A stretch of DNA of 64,000 nucleotides, from NCBI GenBank assembly GCA_951406725.2, contig OX597814.1, forward strand, positions 9,114,001 through 9,178,000, in the 5' to 3' direction. The notes below the pieces were generated by a model that was not told the DNA's origin, made no database searches, and saw only the letters and a list, made by a program, of their open reading frames with translations. The translations under genes and the position numbers were made by a program. The DNA comes from Octopus vulgaris (Eukaryota). Below, in pieces: positions 1 to 11,529 of this stretch (its first letter is position 1; each line of letters opens with the position of its first letter).

Positions 1-1143
1 TAGAGCTTTTCGGAATGACCCCGCAGCCGACACTCTGGAGCAGGAGTGAAGAACAGCTCTTTCGAGAGGTTACACTTTCCGCTTATGATGTTGTGGGCAA
101 GAATGAGATATCCACGGCGGCGGCGTTTATCAAGAGAATAAAGGTCGAGCGTCCTCAGCCTTTCTTCGTAGGACAAATTTTTGAGACCATGAACCATCCG
201 GGTAGCCAGCTTCTGGACTCTTTCGAGATGCTGTATGTCTTTGAGGAGATAAGGAGAAGAGGCTTGAATCCCATACTCCAATATGGGTCTCACCAGCGTG
301 ACATAGAGTGGTAGGAATATGGCTGCTGTGAGCATTCCGAATGACCGTCGAACCAAGAACAGAATTCTGCATGCTTTGTTGGCAGCATGGACGCACTGGG
401 CTGAAGGCGAAAAGGAGGAATCCACCAAGATACCCAGGTCCTTTACCTGATGGGTCCTCTCCAGCAGCAGACGACCCGGCTCGAAATCAAGTTGAGTTGC
501 AGGAGTAGAGCCGACAGGCAGATGACAGCACTTTGACACGTTCAGACACAGGTCCCAATCGTTAGACCACTTCCAAATTTGGTGGAGGCATCGACGAAGA
601 TCCTCGATATTACCGCGAGGAGCGACCAGTTTGATATCGTCGGCAAATAGTAGGGTGTGTTGCGTGAGGTCGTCAGGCAAGTCATTTATGAAGACTAAGA
701 ACAACAAGGGCCCAAGCACTGAACCTTGAGGCACGCCACTGCTCGCACTGGAGACGTCGGACCGCGAGCCATTAACTTGGACTTGGAAGGAGCGATCTGA
801 GAGGAAGGCACCAACCCATCGTACAATATCCGGATGGAAACTATATGCTTGAAGCTTGACAAGTAATAGGCGGTGGTTTACCGAGTCAAAAGCTTTGGCA
901 AAGTCCAATAAAACGATGTCAACAGCATCACTATCATCGAGGATGCGCATCACCAATTCTTCCATTACTAGCAAGTTGGTCAAGCATGATCTCTTCGGCA
1001 CGAAGCCGTGTTGGGAATCAGAGATAGAGGCTGTGTTTAGGAGGTGGAGCATCATACTTTTCTTAAGGATGGTTTCGAACATCTTGCTGATTATTGATGT
1101 AAGGGAAACCAGTCGGTAGTTAAGCAGGTTTTCGCGGCTCCCT
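1..1143 (-). mobile_element. CR1-group LINE, 5'-truncated, RT frame fully open to the window edge
   Basis: Manual minus-strand translation has no stop for about 380 codons: [82 protein letters not shown]. Absent from the ORF track, probably because it runs off the window. Confidence 0.92.
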
Positions 1144-1144
1144 T

Positions 1145-3085
1145 GGAAGCTAGGAGGCAGGTGTATTTAGCCAGAGGGGAGGCAGATAAGAAAAAATTTG
1201 CCAATGTTCTGCACTGTGAGGATGAAAGACTTGAGTTATTTTGTGTTGCAAGACAGTGTGTGAGAGAGAATTGTGATGTAGGAGAGAAATGTGTTCGCAT
1301 GGATGATGGTTCACTTGCACTAAATGAGGATGCAAAGAGAGAGGTTTGAAGACGCCACTATGAAAGGTTGCTGAATAAAGAGAATGAATGGGATAAAGAG
1401 AGTCTGCTGTATGTCGACCCAACAGAGGGACCAGCTATCCATGTTGACAGTTCCTTAGTAGATAAAGCAATTAAAAGTGTGAAGACAGGGAAAGCCCCAG
1501 GCCAATCAGGAATCACTGCTGAGATGCTCAAAATATCTGGCAGTGTCGGCTATAGCCTAGTCACCCGTATAGTTAACCAGGTGATACAGGAAGGAGTCAT
1601 ACCCAATGACTGGTGTAGCAGCATAATAGTCAACTGCTACAAAGGTAAAGGTGACGCTTTAGATACAAATAATTACAGAGGTATCAAGCTGTTGGATCAG
1701 GTAATGAAGGTCACAGAGAGGGTCATAGCCCAACTAATTAGGGAGAGAGTGAGTTTAGATGAGATTCAGTTTGGTTTCGTGCCAGGGAAAAGCACCACTG
1801 ATGCTATATTTCTGGTAAGGCAGCTGCAGGAGAAATACCTAGCCAAAGATAGGCCCCTGTACCTGGCTTTCATTGATATGGAAAAAGCCTTTGACAGGGT
1901 CCCCTGATCACTTATCTGATGATCATTGAGGAAACTAGAGATAGATGAATGGTTAGTGAGAGCCGTGCAAGCCATGTACAGGGATGCTGTCAGTAAGGTG
2001 AGGGTTGGCAACAAGTACAGTGAAAAATTCCAGGTGGAGGTAGGGGTCTACCAAGGTTCAGTCCTTAGCCCATTCTTATTCACGATAGTCCTCCAGGTAA
2101 TAACTGAGGAATTCAAGACAGGATACCTCCGGGGACTTCTCTATGCTGATGACCTTGTTCTAATAGCTGAGTCACGATCGGAACTAGAGGAAAAGTTTCA
2201 GGTGTGAAAGTAAGGTCTAGAATCAAAGGGCCTTAGAGTCAATCTAGCAAAAACCAAAGCCTTGGTAAGTAAGAAGGCAGACAAATCACAAATCCCTTCA
2301 GGTTGATGGCCCTGCTCAATCTGTAGTAGAGGTGTAGGTAGAAACTCTATAAGTTGTACCCAGCGTAAGCTATTGACACATATGAGGTACTGCAATATCA
2401 AAGAAAGGCTAACTAGGAAGATAGATTTTGTGTGTGGCAGATGCTCAGGGGCAATAAACACCGAAAATATCCAGAAAGCAGCTTCAATTACATGCCAGGG
2501 AGAAAAACTAGAAGTAGTTGATAGCTTCCGTTACCTAGGTGACCAAGTCTGTAGTGGGGGTGGATGCTCTGAGAGCATATCTGCTAGAGTAAGGATAGCC
2601 TGGGCAAAGTTCAGACAGCTTCTACCTCTGCTGGTGACAAAGGGCCTTTCACTCAGAGTTAAAGGTAGACTGTATGATGTATGCTACATGGCAGTGAAAC
2701 ATGAGCTGTGACTGCTGAGAACATGTGTAGCCTTGAAAGAAATGAAGCTAATATGATCCACTGGATGTGTAATGTCAGTGTGCACACATGACAGTGTGTA
2801 AGTGCCCCGAGAGAAAAGTTGGACACAAGAAGCATCTGGGCCTCATGGAGACAATGACATGCGACCGAGCCCTTTGGAGATATTCTGTGCTTTAGAAGAT
2901 CTTTAAAAAAAGTGAGCCTATACAGTGTTGCATAACCGACCCCTTTAAGAGTACCACTTCAATCATTGGGCAATATACTGTGCTTGAGAAGACCTGTTGA
3001 GTCAATTGAAATCATTATCATGGCTGATGCTAGTACCACCTGACTGGTACCCATGCTGGTGGTACATAAAAAGCACATTTCGAGT
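1145..3085 (+). mobile_element. RTE-clade LINE, decayed, 5'-truncated
   Basis: ORF pieces 1143-2711 align by eye to the intact RTE ORF at 17066 ([34 protein letters not shown]) with stops and frameshifts. Confidence 0.93.
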
Positions 3086-3165
3086 GTGTAATCCACTAAA
3101 TCCCTTTGTCTGTCCTTGTTTGTCCCCTCTGTGTGTAGCCCCCAGTGGGCAATAAAGAAATAAAT
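3086..3165 (+). mobile_element. SINE-like 3' remnant
   Basis: Short non-coding segment ending GGGCAATAAAGAAATAAAT; family not verified. Confidence 0.35.
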
Positions 3166-3189
3166 CTACTTCACAGAAAACATCCATCA

Positions 3190-4790
3190 CTGTAGCTCTC
3201 TTTTGCCCCACCTCTCCTCTCTCCTTCCTCTGTAGCTCTCTTCTCCCTTCCCTCTGTAGCTTGTTGCTCCCTTCTCCCCTCTCTTTGTAGTTCTCTTCTC
3301 TCCTCCCTTTGTAGCCTTCTTCTGACCCTCTTCTCTCCTCTTGCTGTAGCTTCCTTCTGACCTTCTTTCTGTTGCCCTCATCTTCCCTCGCTCTGTAGCT
3401 CTCTTCTCTCTTTTTGTAGTTTTCTTCTCCTCCTCCTCCTCCTCCTACTGAAACTCCCTTCTATCCCTATCTCTGTAGCTTTCTTCGTACCCTTTGTAGC
3501 ATTCTCCCCCACACTCTGTAGCTCTCTTCTCCTCCCTCTCTAACTTTCTTCTAACCCTCTTTCTGTTACTCTCATTTCCCCCACTTTCTATTGTTCTCTT
3601 CTCCCCACTCTCTGCATCTTTCTTCACCCCCTCCTTTTGTAGCTTCCTTCTGATCCTCTTTCTGTTATTCTCTTCTCCTCATCTCAATTTAACTCTTTCT
3701 CCCCTCTCTCTCTGTAGCTTTCTTCTGACCCTCTTTTTGCAGCTCTCTTCTGCCTCTTTCTCTCTGTAGCATGCTTCTCCCTTCTCTCTCTAGTTCTCTT
3801 TTCCCCTGTCTCAGTAGCTCTCTTCTCCCCTCTTACTGTAGCTTTCAGTTGCTCTCTTTTCCCCTCTCTCTGTTTAGCTCTCTTCGTGGACATTCTTCTG
3901 ATCCTCTCTCTGTATCTCTCTTCTCCCCCCTCTCTCTCTCTGTAGCTCTTTTCTCCTCTCTGTACCTTTCTTATGATCCTCTTTCTGTTTTAATATTCTC
4001 TCTGTCTCTTTGTAGCTCTCTTCTCCCTCTCTCTCTATAGGCCTCTTTACATCTCTCTCTCTCTCTCTGTAGCTTTCTTCTGACCCTCTTTGTTGCACTC
4101 TTCTCTGCCTCTCTCTGTTTCCGCTTCTCCCTCTCTCTGTAGTTCTCTTCTCCCCTGTCTCAGTATCTCTCTTCTTCCCCATCTCTGTAGCTCTTTCCCC
4201 TCCCTCTGTAGCTACCTTCTTCCCTCTCTCTGTAGCATTCTACTGACCTTCTTTCTGTTGTTCTCTTCTTTCCAACTCATTGTAGCTCTCTTCTTCTCTC
4301 TCTGTAGTTCTATTCTCCCATCTCTCTGAAGCTCTCCTCTTCCCTCTCTCTGTAGCTCTCTTCTTTCCTCTATAGCTTTCTCCTAACACTTCATCAGTAG
4401 CTCTCTTCTGACCTTTCTGTTGTTATCTCCTCTCCCACTCTCAGTAGCTCTCTTCTTCCCTCTCTCTGTAGCTTTCTACTGACCCTCTTTCTTCTGCTCT
4501 TTTCTCCCCCACTCTCACTAGCTCTTTCCTCCCTTCTCTTTGTAGCTCTTCTCTCCCTTCTCTCTCTAGGTCTCTTCCCCTCACCTTTTTGTAGATCTCT
4601 TCTTCCTTCGCTGTGTAGCTTTCTTCTGCTCCTCTTTGTTGTCCTCTTCTCCCTCTCTATGTAGCTCTTTGTAGCTTATGACCCTCTTCGTTCCCACCCT
4701 CTTTTTCTCTCTTCTCCCCTCTCACTGTAGCTCCCTCCTGACTCTCTTTCTGTTGCTCTCTTCTTGCCCACTCTCTTCTTCCCACTCTCT

Positions 4791-4828
<38 letters not shown>

Positions 4829-4930
4829 GCTCTTTTCTATCTATCTCTTACGGAAGCATTCTTGTATCCCTCTATCTCTATAGTTCTCCTCTCCCCCTCT
4901 GTTTGTTGCTCTTTTCTCTCTCTCTCTCTG
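3190..4930. repeat. CT-rich degenerate minisatellite / polypyrimidine tract
   Basis: Dozens of CTGTAGCTCTCTTCT-like units; the + strand is overwhelmingly pyrimidine. Confidence 0.9.
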
Positions 4931-5033
4931 TACAATGTAATGTGTGACTAGAGAAACCAACCAACCAACCAACATTTGTTACTGATAAAAAAACAACAAA
5001 AAAAAATAAACGAGAATGTCTTTGTAGTAAAAA

Positions 5034-5164
5034 TAAAGGGCAGATTTTCAATCCTCAGATCATTCTGATTCCAAAAAGGTAATAATATTTCTATGTTGAG
5101 CATTTGTAGACTGAAGTACAGAGGTCCCAGACGGACAGACAGAATTTCACTTTTATTATAATAG
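5034..5164 (-). mobile_element. Helitron-like 5' end fragment
   Basis: Minus strand reads CTATTATAATAAAAGTGAAATTCTGTCTGTCCGTCTG, typical of non-autonomous Helitron 5' ends; flanked by a direct repeat of about 32 bp. Confidence 0.45.
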
Positions 5165-5227
5165 CAAAAAAAAAAACCCACCAAAAAATAAACGAGAATG
5201 TCTTTATAGTAAAAAGTATGCAAGTAC

Positions 5228-5597
5228 CTTCCTTTGGTTTTTGTTTTCTCTTCATTTTAAATTTGCTCCCTCCATGTTGAAAACTCATTTTCTGAAAATC
5301 GTATCTTCTGTTGTTCCAATCAAGGAATTTCTTTTTCAGTGAGTATGCTTTCTCAAGCTTGGCATTTTCTTTGTCACTAAACATTCTTACGTTTTCTGGA
5401 AAATTTTCTTCAAAGTAAGACCATTGTACCATTTTTTTTATAAGAGTTTCCTCGTCAGTTTCTTTGAATTCCATTAATAATGATTGGACAGAGAGTTTAG
5501 CATCTTTTACAAGAGAATGTCTGCCATAAATTGTAATTGTTTCACTGATAGAAATCTGGATTTTATGTGTTCTACTAATATTCCTTAAAGACAGCTT
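5228..5597 (-). CDS. PARP14: Exon of a PARP14-like mono-ADP-ribosyltransferase (end of KH-like region plus WWE domain)
   Basis: Acceptor ttttaatctttacAG, donor AAG|GTACTT, 370 nt open (phase 0 in, phase 1 out): KLSLRNISRTHKIQISISETITIYGRHSLVKDAKLSVQSLLMEFK...VQWSYFEENF...FSDKENAKLEKAY...RRYDFQKM...KMKRK. The latter part fits the WWE pattern. The symbol is a family-level call; the exact paralogue is unknown. Confidence 0.78.
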
Positions 5598-5649
5598 CTG
5601 TAAAGATTAAAAAAAAAAAACCAAATTAATTCTAGAAATGATACAGATC

Positions 5650-5870
5650 ATTGTCATCATCGTTATCATCATCATATAAAGTTTGCTTTTTTTTTATGCT
5701 AGCATAGAGTGGACAGTTTGACAGGCTCTGGCAAGCCACAGGGTTATGGTGATCTCCAGTCGTCTGTTGTGGCATGGTGTCTACGGCTGGATGCCCTTCC
5801 TAATACCCACCACTTTACAGAGAAAGGCACTGGGTACTTTTTCTTTCTTGCCCCACCAGCACAAGTGAGG
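5650..5870 (-). mobile_element. Short element carrying the RTE 3' tail
   Basis: Reverse complement of ...AGGAAGGGCATCCAGCCGTAGA... plus a (GAT)n tail, matching the 3' end of the RTE at 20700-20840. Confidence 0.75.
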
Positions 5871-5899
5871 TTGTCAAGTAACTTGCAAGTTAGAAAGAG

Positions 5900-6600
5900 A
5901 GAAGAATGAAGAAAGGAAAAAACTGCTGATATGAAGTGAGGGACGTGGGCGGGGGAGGTGAGTATTGGAGGGAAGAAGGAAGTGGGTTTATGCTAAAGCT
6001 TAAAGTATGACTGGGGGAGAAGCATTGATGTCTTGCTACAGAGGGGAATACATGGGTACCACACATTATCTAGGGGTGGCTGGGGGTAGTTGGGAGGAGA
6101 TGATAGTGATGCAGTGATAGAGCAGACTCTTAGGGGACAGGAAGAGGAATATAGGAGAGGAGAGAGAGGTTCAGGGAAGGAAGGGGTTCTTGTATATGTG
6201 AGGGGAGAGTGACTGGTGGTTAGAAATGTGGGGTGGGTAGGAAAGAGAAGGTTCAGTTGATGTTTGTATGGCGGAGGGGAGGGTTAGGTGAGAGACAGGC
6301 CAAAAGATTGATGGGGGGAGGGCAGTGGTGTGCAATGTTTAGGAATGGAAAATAGGGAGATGTAGCAGTATCTACGGGTGGCTAGGATGAGTGGGGTGTG
6401 ATGGCATAAATGAGAGTGTGCTGAGGGTGAAAGTAGATAGGTGAGATGTCTTAATGAAATGGAATGGAATGTGGCAAAGGAGAGAGATAACTAAAGGCAA
6501 AGAAAAGTGATTGGTGAAGTAGCATGGGAGGAGGAGGAGTAATATGTGGAGTGATGGAGGGCTGGGTGTTGGGAGAATGCTTGATGGGGCAGGATGGGTT
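5900..6600. repeat. G/A-rich low-complexity tract
   Basis: Purine-rich + strand with many G runs. Confidence 0.6.
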
Positions 6601-6639
6601 ACAATCATAACAAGAATACTTTCTAGACATCATTTTTGC

Positions 6640-7072
6640 TGTGTTGGATGATGAGTCTTTTCAAACACAGTGAATCACTTGTCATCTGAGTTCTTTATCA
6701 TCTCCTCTGTGAGGCTCAACATCTTGAGATCAGCCTTCACTATTTCCTCTCATGTCCTCCTGGGCCTCCCTTTTTCATAAATTCCACCCACTTTGAGTGA
6801 CTAGCACTTGTTCATGCAGCTGTCCCCCTCCATAAGCATCACATGACCAAACTAACACAATAATCTCTTCTACACATCACATTTGATTCTTCTGGCACTT
6901 AACTTTTCTTTCAAGACTATAGCACTTTGTTGTATATGCACACTGATGTTGTACATCCTCCAGAGCATGCTAGTTTCAGTTCTCTTTGATTTTCACATCA
7001 CCATTTGTAGGCCACATCTCACTACTTTGTTGTATTGTTTTTCAAACACATGCATCATACAACCTGCCTTTT

Positions 7073-7124
<52 letters not shown>

Positions 7125-8165
7125 AGAGAAAGTAAAGAGTTCTTTCATAGCCAACAGAGGTAATAACTCCCTGAATTTTCTCCATCCAGTTCTTATTCTA
7201 GCAACTATACTTTCAGTACATCATTTCTTCTAAGGAGTTCCCAAGGTATTTGAGAAAATCTATTTCCTATTGTCTCCTTAGTATCTTCCACATACAATCA
7301 CTTCTTCCTCTTTTAGCTTCCCTGTGATTCCACTGCACTACTTATGCATCCATAGTTTGCACTGGGTACTCAGAACAGAATTCCTGCCTACACATTTCCT
7401 ATACGTCAAGTGAGACTTGTGGGCAGTGGAGTCTTGTCTGCTTTCCTGCTTTCTATAGAACTTTGGTCTTGGCTAAATTAATCTTAAGCAACTTCATTTC
7501 TAAAGTTTTCTTCCACACCTGGAATCTCTTTTCTAATTCTACAATAGATTCTGCCTTGAGAATGATGTCATCAGCATAGACTAGCTCCCAAGGGCACCCA
7601 GTTTAAATTCTTCTGCTATGTTATGAAGAGTAATGATGGATAAGAGAGGGCTGATAACCGAGTCCTGTTGCACTCCTACCTGTAACCTAAATTCATTACT
7701 GTACTCATGGACAACGCTCACCTTATTGATTGCACCCCTGTATATGGCTTGTAGGTCTCTCACAAGCCATTAATCAACTTCTAGCTTCCTCAGAGTCTAC
7801 CTCATCATACAGCAGAGAACCAGTGAAAGGCTTTCTCCAGGTCAACAAATACCAAGTACCATTCACTGAATGTGACATCTTCTCGTATAGTCTGATTCAC
7901 AGCATTAGGTCATAGCTGACTCCACCGGATACTTTCAGCATCCCAACAGTAATTCGTGATGGATCAAGGACTTTCTCTATTTTCATACCCTTTTAAGCTG
8001 TGTCTGTCATACTGCTGTCAACTTGGGTGGCTGGTCCCTCTGTTGGGTCCATATTGGGAAAATTCTCTTTCTCCCAGTCATTCTCTACATTTCATAGCAG
8101 CACTGGCATCATACCTCTTTATTCTTTTCAGGATCATTAAGTGCAAGCATACCACTATCCATCTG
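6640..8165 (-). mobile_element. Old, heavily decayed RTE LINE with an internal (GA)n tract at about 7075-7118
   Basis: ORF 7581-7763 (GVQQDSVISPLL) and flanks match RTE RT; multiple deletions. Confidence 0.75.
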
Positions 8166-8534
8166 CACAATATTTTGATTTCCTATGATACTCTCTCTTG
8201 AAGTCCAGAATATCTCACATCTCTGATTTCCATACTGTACAACATTGGACAGCAGTCAAGTTATGAAATATTATCTTCTTAATTATTTGAAATATTCTAA
8301 ATCATTCTAAATTCTAAATCATCTGAAATATTATTTTTTAAATTAACCAAACAATTTCTTCTTCAGATTCTCTTAAAATGTATTTTCTGGTCAAAAACAC
8401 AGATCCATGCTATTTACTTTCGTGTTTTGTTTTTACGTAGTCTCCCTTGTCACTGAGAGAGGAGAGGCAAGATACAAATAGAGCCTAACTTATGCAAGCA
8501 TAGAAAAGTGGATGTCAGAATGATGAAGTTAATG

Positions 8535-8591
8535 ATAATACATACATATATACATACATATATATATATATAAATAAATATATATAAATAA

Positions 8592-8635
<44 letters not shown>

Positions 8636-8675
8636 TAAATAAATATATATAAATATATATATATAAATATATATA
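8535..8675. repeat. (TA)n/(TAAA) microsatellite
   Basis: Directly visible. Confidence 0.95.
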
Positions 8676-10122
8676 GACCTCACACATCAGCAAAGTCATG
8701 GAACGAATAGTCCGTAAGAAACTAATCATGTTCCTTGAAGAAAATGACTTGCTGTCTGACACCCAGCATGGATTTCGACCAGGTAGAGGCTGCCTAACAC
8801 AGCTCCTGCAACACTATGACTGGGTGTTGAAACAGCTACTAAATGGCTCAAATGTGGATGTAATATATCTCGACTTTGCAAAAGCCTTTGATAAAGTCGA
8901 CCATGGTATGATCTGTCACAAACTGCGTGGTCTCGGCATAGGCGGAAAACTTGGAGAGTGGCTGCACAACTTCCTAAAAGACAGAAAACAAGCAGTTGTG
9001 AGCAATGGAGTCACCTCCAAGGAAACACAAATAACAAGCGGTGTCCCACAGGGCACTGTCTTGGAGCCACTGATGTTCATAGTGGCCCTTTCAGAGATGC
9101 CTTCAGTTGCTACGATGACCACCCTTGCTAGCTATGCAGATGACACAAAAGTCTCCCACGCAATACAAAACCCTGAAAATATTGCGCATCTGCAACATGA
9201 GCTGGACACAATATACAGGTGGGCTGAGGACAACAACATGCAGTTTAATGCAGGTAAGTTCCAGGCCCTGCGCTACTGGCACACAAAGGTAAACGACGTG
9301 AAGACTGGATACACTGGCCCAGGAAGAATTGCAATCCCTGAGTCAAAATCAGTGCGTGACCTGGGCACTGACATGAGCAATGATGCATCTTTCCAAGTGC
9401 ATATTACTAATCTGGTGATAAAATGCAGACGGCTAGCTGGATGGATTCTCCGAACTTTCAGAACAAGAGAGCAGGAGACACTGATGGTCCTATGGAAAAC
9501 ATTCGCCCTCAGCTGCTTGGACTACTGCTCCCAACTGTGGTCACCACACAATATAAAACTAACAGCAGAACTCGAAGCAATTCAGAGAAGCTACACAAAG
9601 AAAATCGTCTCAATGCAAAATATCAGCTACTGGGAAAGACTGAAGGTATTAAACCTCTTCTCCCCAGAGCGGAGGCGGGAGAGATATGCGGTGATATACA
9701 TCTTGAAAATCCTGGAGGGTCTTGTCCCAAACTTTGGCATTCAAAGTTACCCCAAACGCAGAACGGGGCGCCACTGCATGGTGCCAAAGATTCCAACATC
9801 ACCATCAAAATACAGGTCCAGATACTGCAACAGCTTGGGTTTCAGAGGACCACAGCTCTTTAACATCCTCCCTAAATGCCTGAGAGACTTACATGGTGTG
9901 GATGTGGGTTTCTTTAAAACTAAACTGGATCTCTTCTTGTTGGGAGTCCCAGATGAACCTACCTCACGACAGGAGACTCGGATGCGGGCAGCAGCATCGA
10001 ACTCCCTTGTTGATCAAGTGCCACGTATCAGAGGTGGATTCACAAATTAGTGTAGCTCATTCAGCGGTGGTGCCCCAGCATGGCCGCGGCCTTCGGGCTA
10101 AAACATTTTTAAGGATTTAAGG

Positions 10123-10126
<4 letters not shown>
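8676..10126 (+). mobile_element. CR1-group LINE (family A-related), 5'-truncated, RT ORF 8698-10050 open
   Basis: [32 protein letters not shown]-terminal AASNSL; 3' tail GGTGGTGCCCCAGCATGGCC... ending (AAGGATTT)2; (TA)n on both sides. Confidence 0.93.
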
Positions 10127-10159
<33 letters not shown>

Positions 10160-10182
10160 TATATATAAATATATATATATAT

Positions 10183-10680
10183 TGTTATATTTCGGAATGG
10201 TCATATTGCCAGTTTAGCCAATAAAAACACACACACTATATATTTGGTGTTATTTTGCTTCAGTGATATTTATTTTTTACATTAATCTTAATCTTATTTC
10301 GGCCAGAGTTCTTTCGTCACACTCCTGTGACCGCATCAGTGGTCTTTTGTTTTCTTCTTTCGTATTTGTGTCTCTCCTTACTAACCGTCAGCCATTTTGT
10401 ATTTCTATTGTATGTCTTCATTTGCGCATGCTTATATCTCTCTGTGCGTCTATGTTTATTTAGTGTGTGTGTGGGGGTGAATGCCTGTAATATTTGTATC
10501 TTCTGTTTATATACATTCATGTAATTTGTATTCTGTTTTTGTTGTTGTTGCTTTTGTTCTAATTTTGTTCATGTGTTTACATTCACCCATTATTATCATT
10601 ACATATGCTTGTATGTATGTATAACAACAATATTAGTAATAATAATAATAAATCTAATCGAAAAAAAAAAGAAAAAAAAT
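10183..10680 (-). mobile_element. Non-coding element, probable Penelope-like pLTR
   Basis: Non-coding island between TA tracts containing a minimal hammerhead-like motif. Confidence 0.5.
10301..10344 (-). ncRNA. Candidate minimal type I hammerhead ribozyme (variant core)
   Basis: Minus strand: GACCA CTGATGCG GTCAC-AGGAGT-GTGAC GAAA G-AA-C TC TGGCC. Confidence 0.55.
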
Positions 10681-10811
10681 ATACATATATATATATATAC
10701 ACATACATATACACATATATATACACATATACATACATATATATATACACATACATACATAGATATATATACATATATATAGTTATTCATTTCTATTTGT
10801 TTATTTATCGA

Positions 10812-11350
10812 ACCTCATCCGACGACAGGCACCCATGCCAACCCCCTTTTGCTTGCGAAGTCCTGTTGGGGCAAGTGAAATTGAAATCGAAATCGGAATC
10901 GAAATTGAACCAATCCTATGACTGGCACCCGGCAGATGCCAGGACCCCTGGACTGGTGGTATGTAAAAAGCACTATCCGAATTGTGGCCAATGCTAGCGC
11001 CGCCTCGACTGGCTTCCGTGCCGGTGCCACGTCAAATGCACCATCCAAATCGTGGCCGAAGCCAGTGCCGCTTCAACTGGTTTCCGTGCCGGTGGCACGT
11101 AAAATGCACCAATCCGACTGTGGCTGATGCCAGCCTCGCCTGGCACCTGTGCAGGTGGCACGTAAAAAAGCACCCGCTACACTCACGGAGTGGTTGGTGT
11201 TAGGAAGGGCATCCAGCTGTAGAAACATTGCCAGATAAGACTGGAGGCTGGTGCAGCCTTCTGGCTTCCCAGATCCCCGGTCGAACCGTCCAACCCATGC
11301 TAGCATGGAGAACGGACGTTAAACGATGATGATGATGATGATGATGATGA
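10812..11350 (+). mobile_element. RTE-type 3' UTR element
   Basis: GGTGGCACGTAAAA repeats, AGGAAGGGCATCCAG, CCATGCTAGCATGG hairpin and (GAT)n tail, followed by (TA)n. Confidence 0.85.
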
Positions 11351-11409
11351 TATATATATATAAATATATATACATATATATATATATAAATAAATATAAA
11401 TATATATAT

Positions 11410-11444
<35 letters not shown>

Positions 11445-11445
11445 A

Positions 11446-11503
<58 letters not shown>

Positions 11504-11529
11504 ATATATATATATATATAAATAAATAT

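Noticed and set aside
3187-4947. R/E/K-rich and S/L-rich short ORFs
   Set aside because: Products of the CT-rich satellite.
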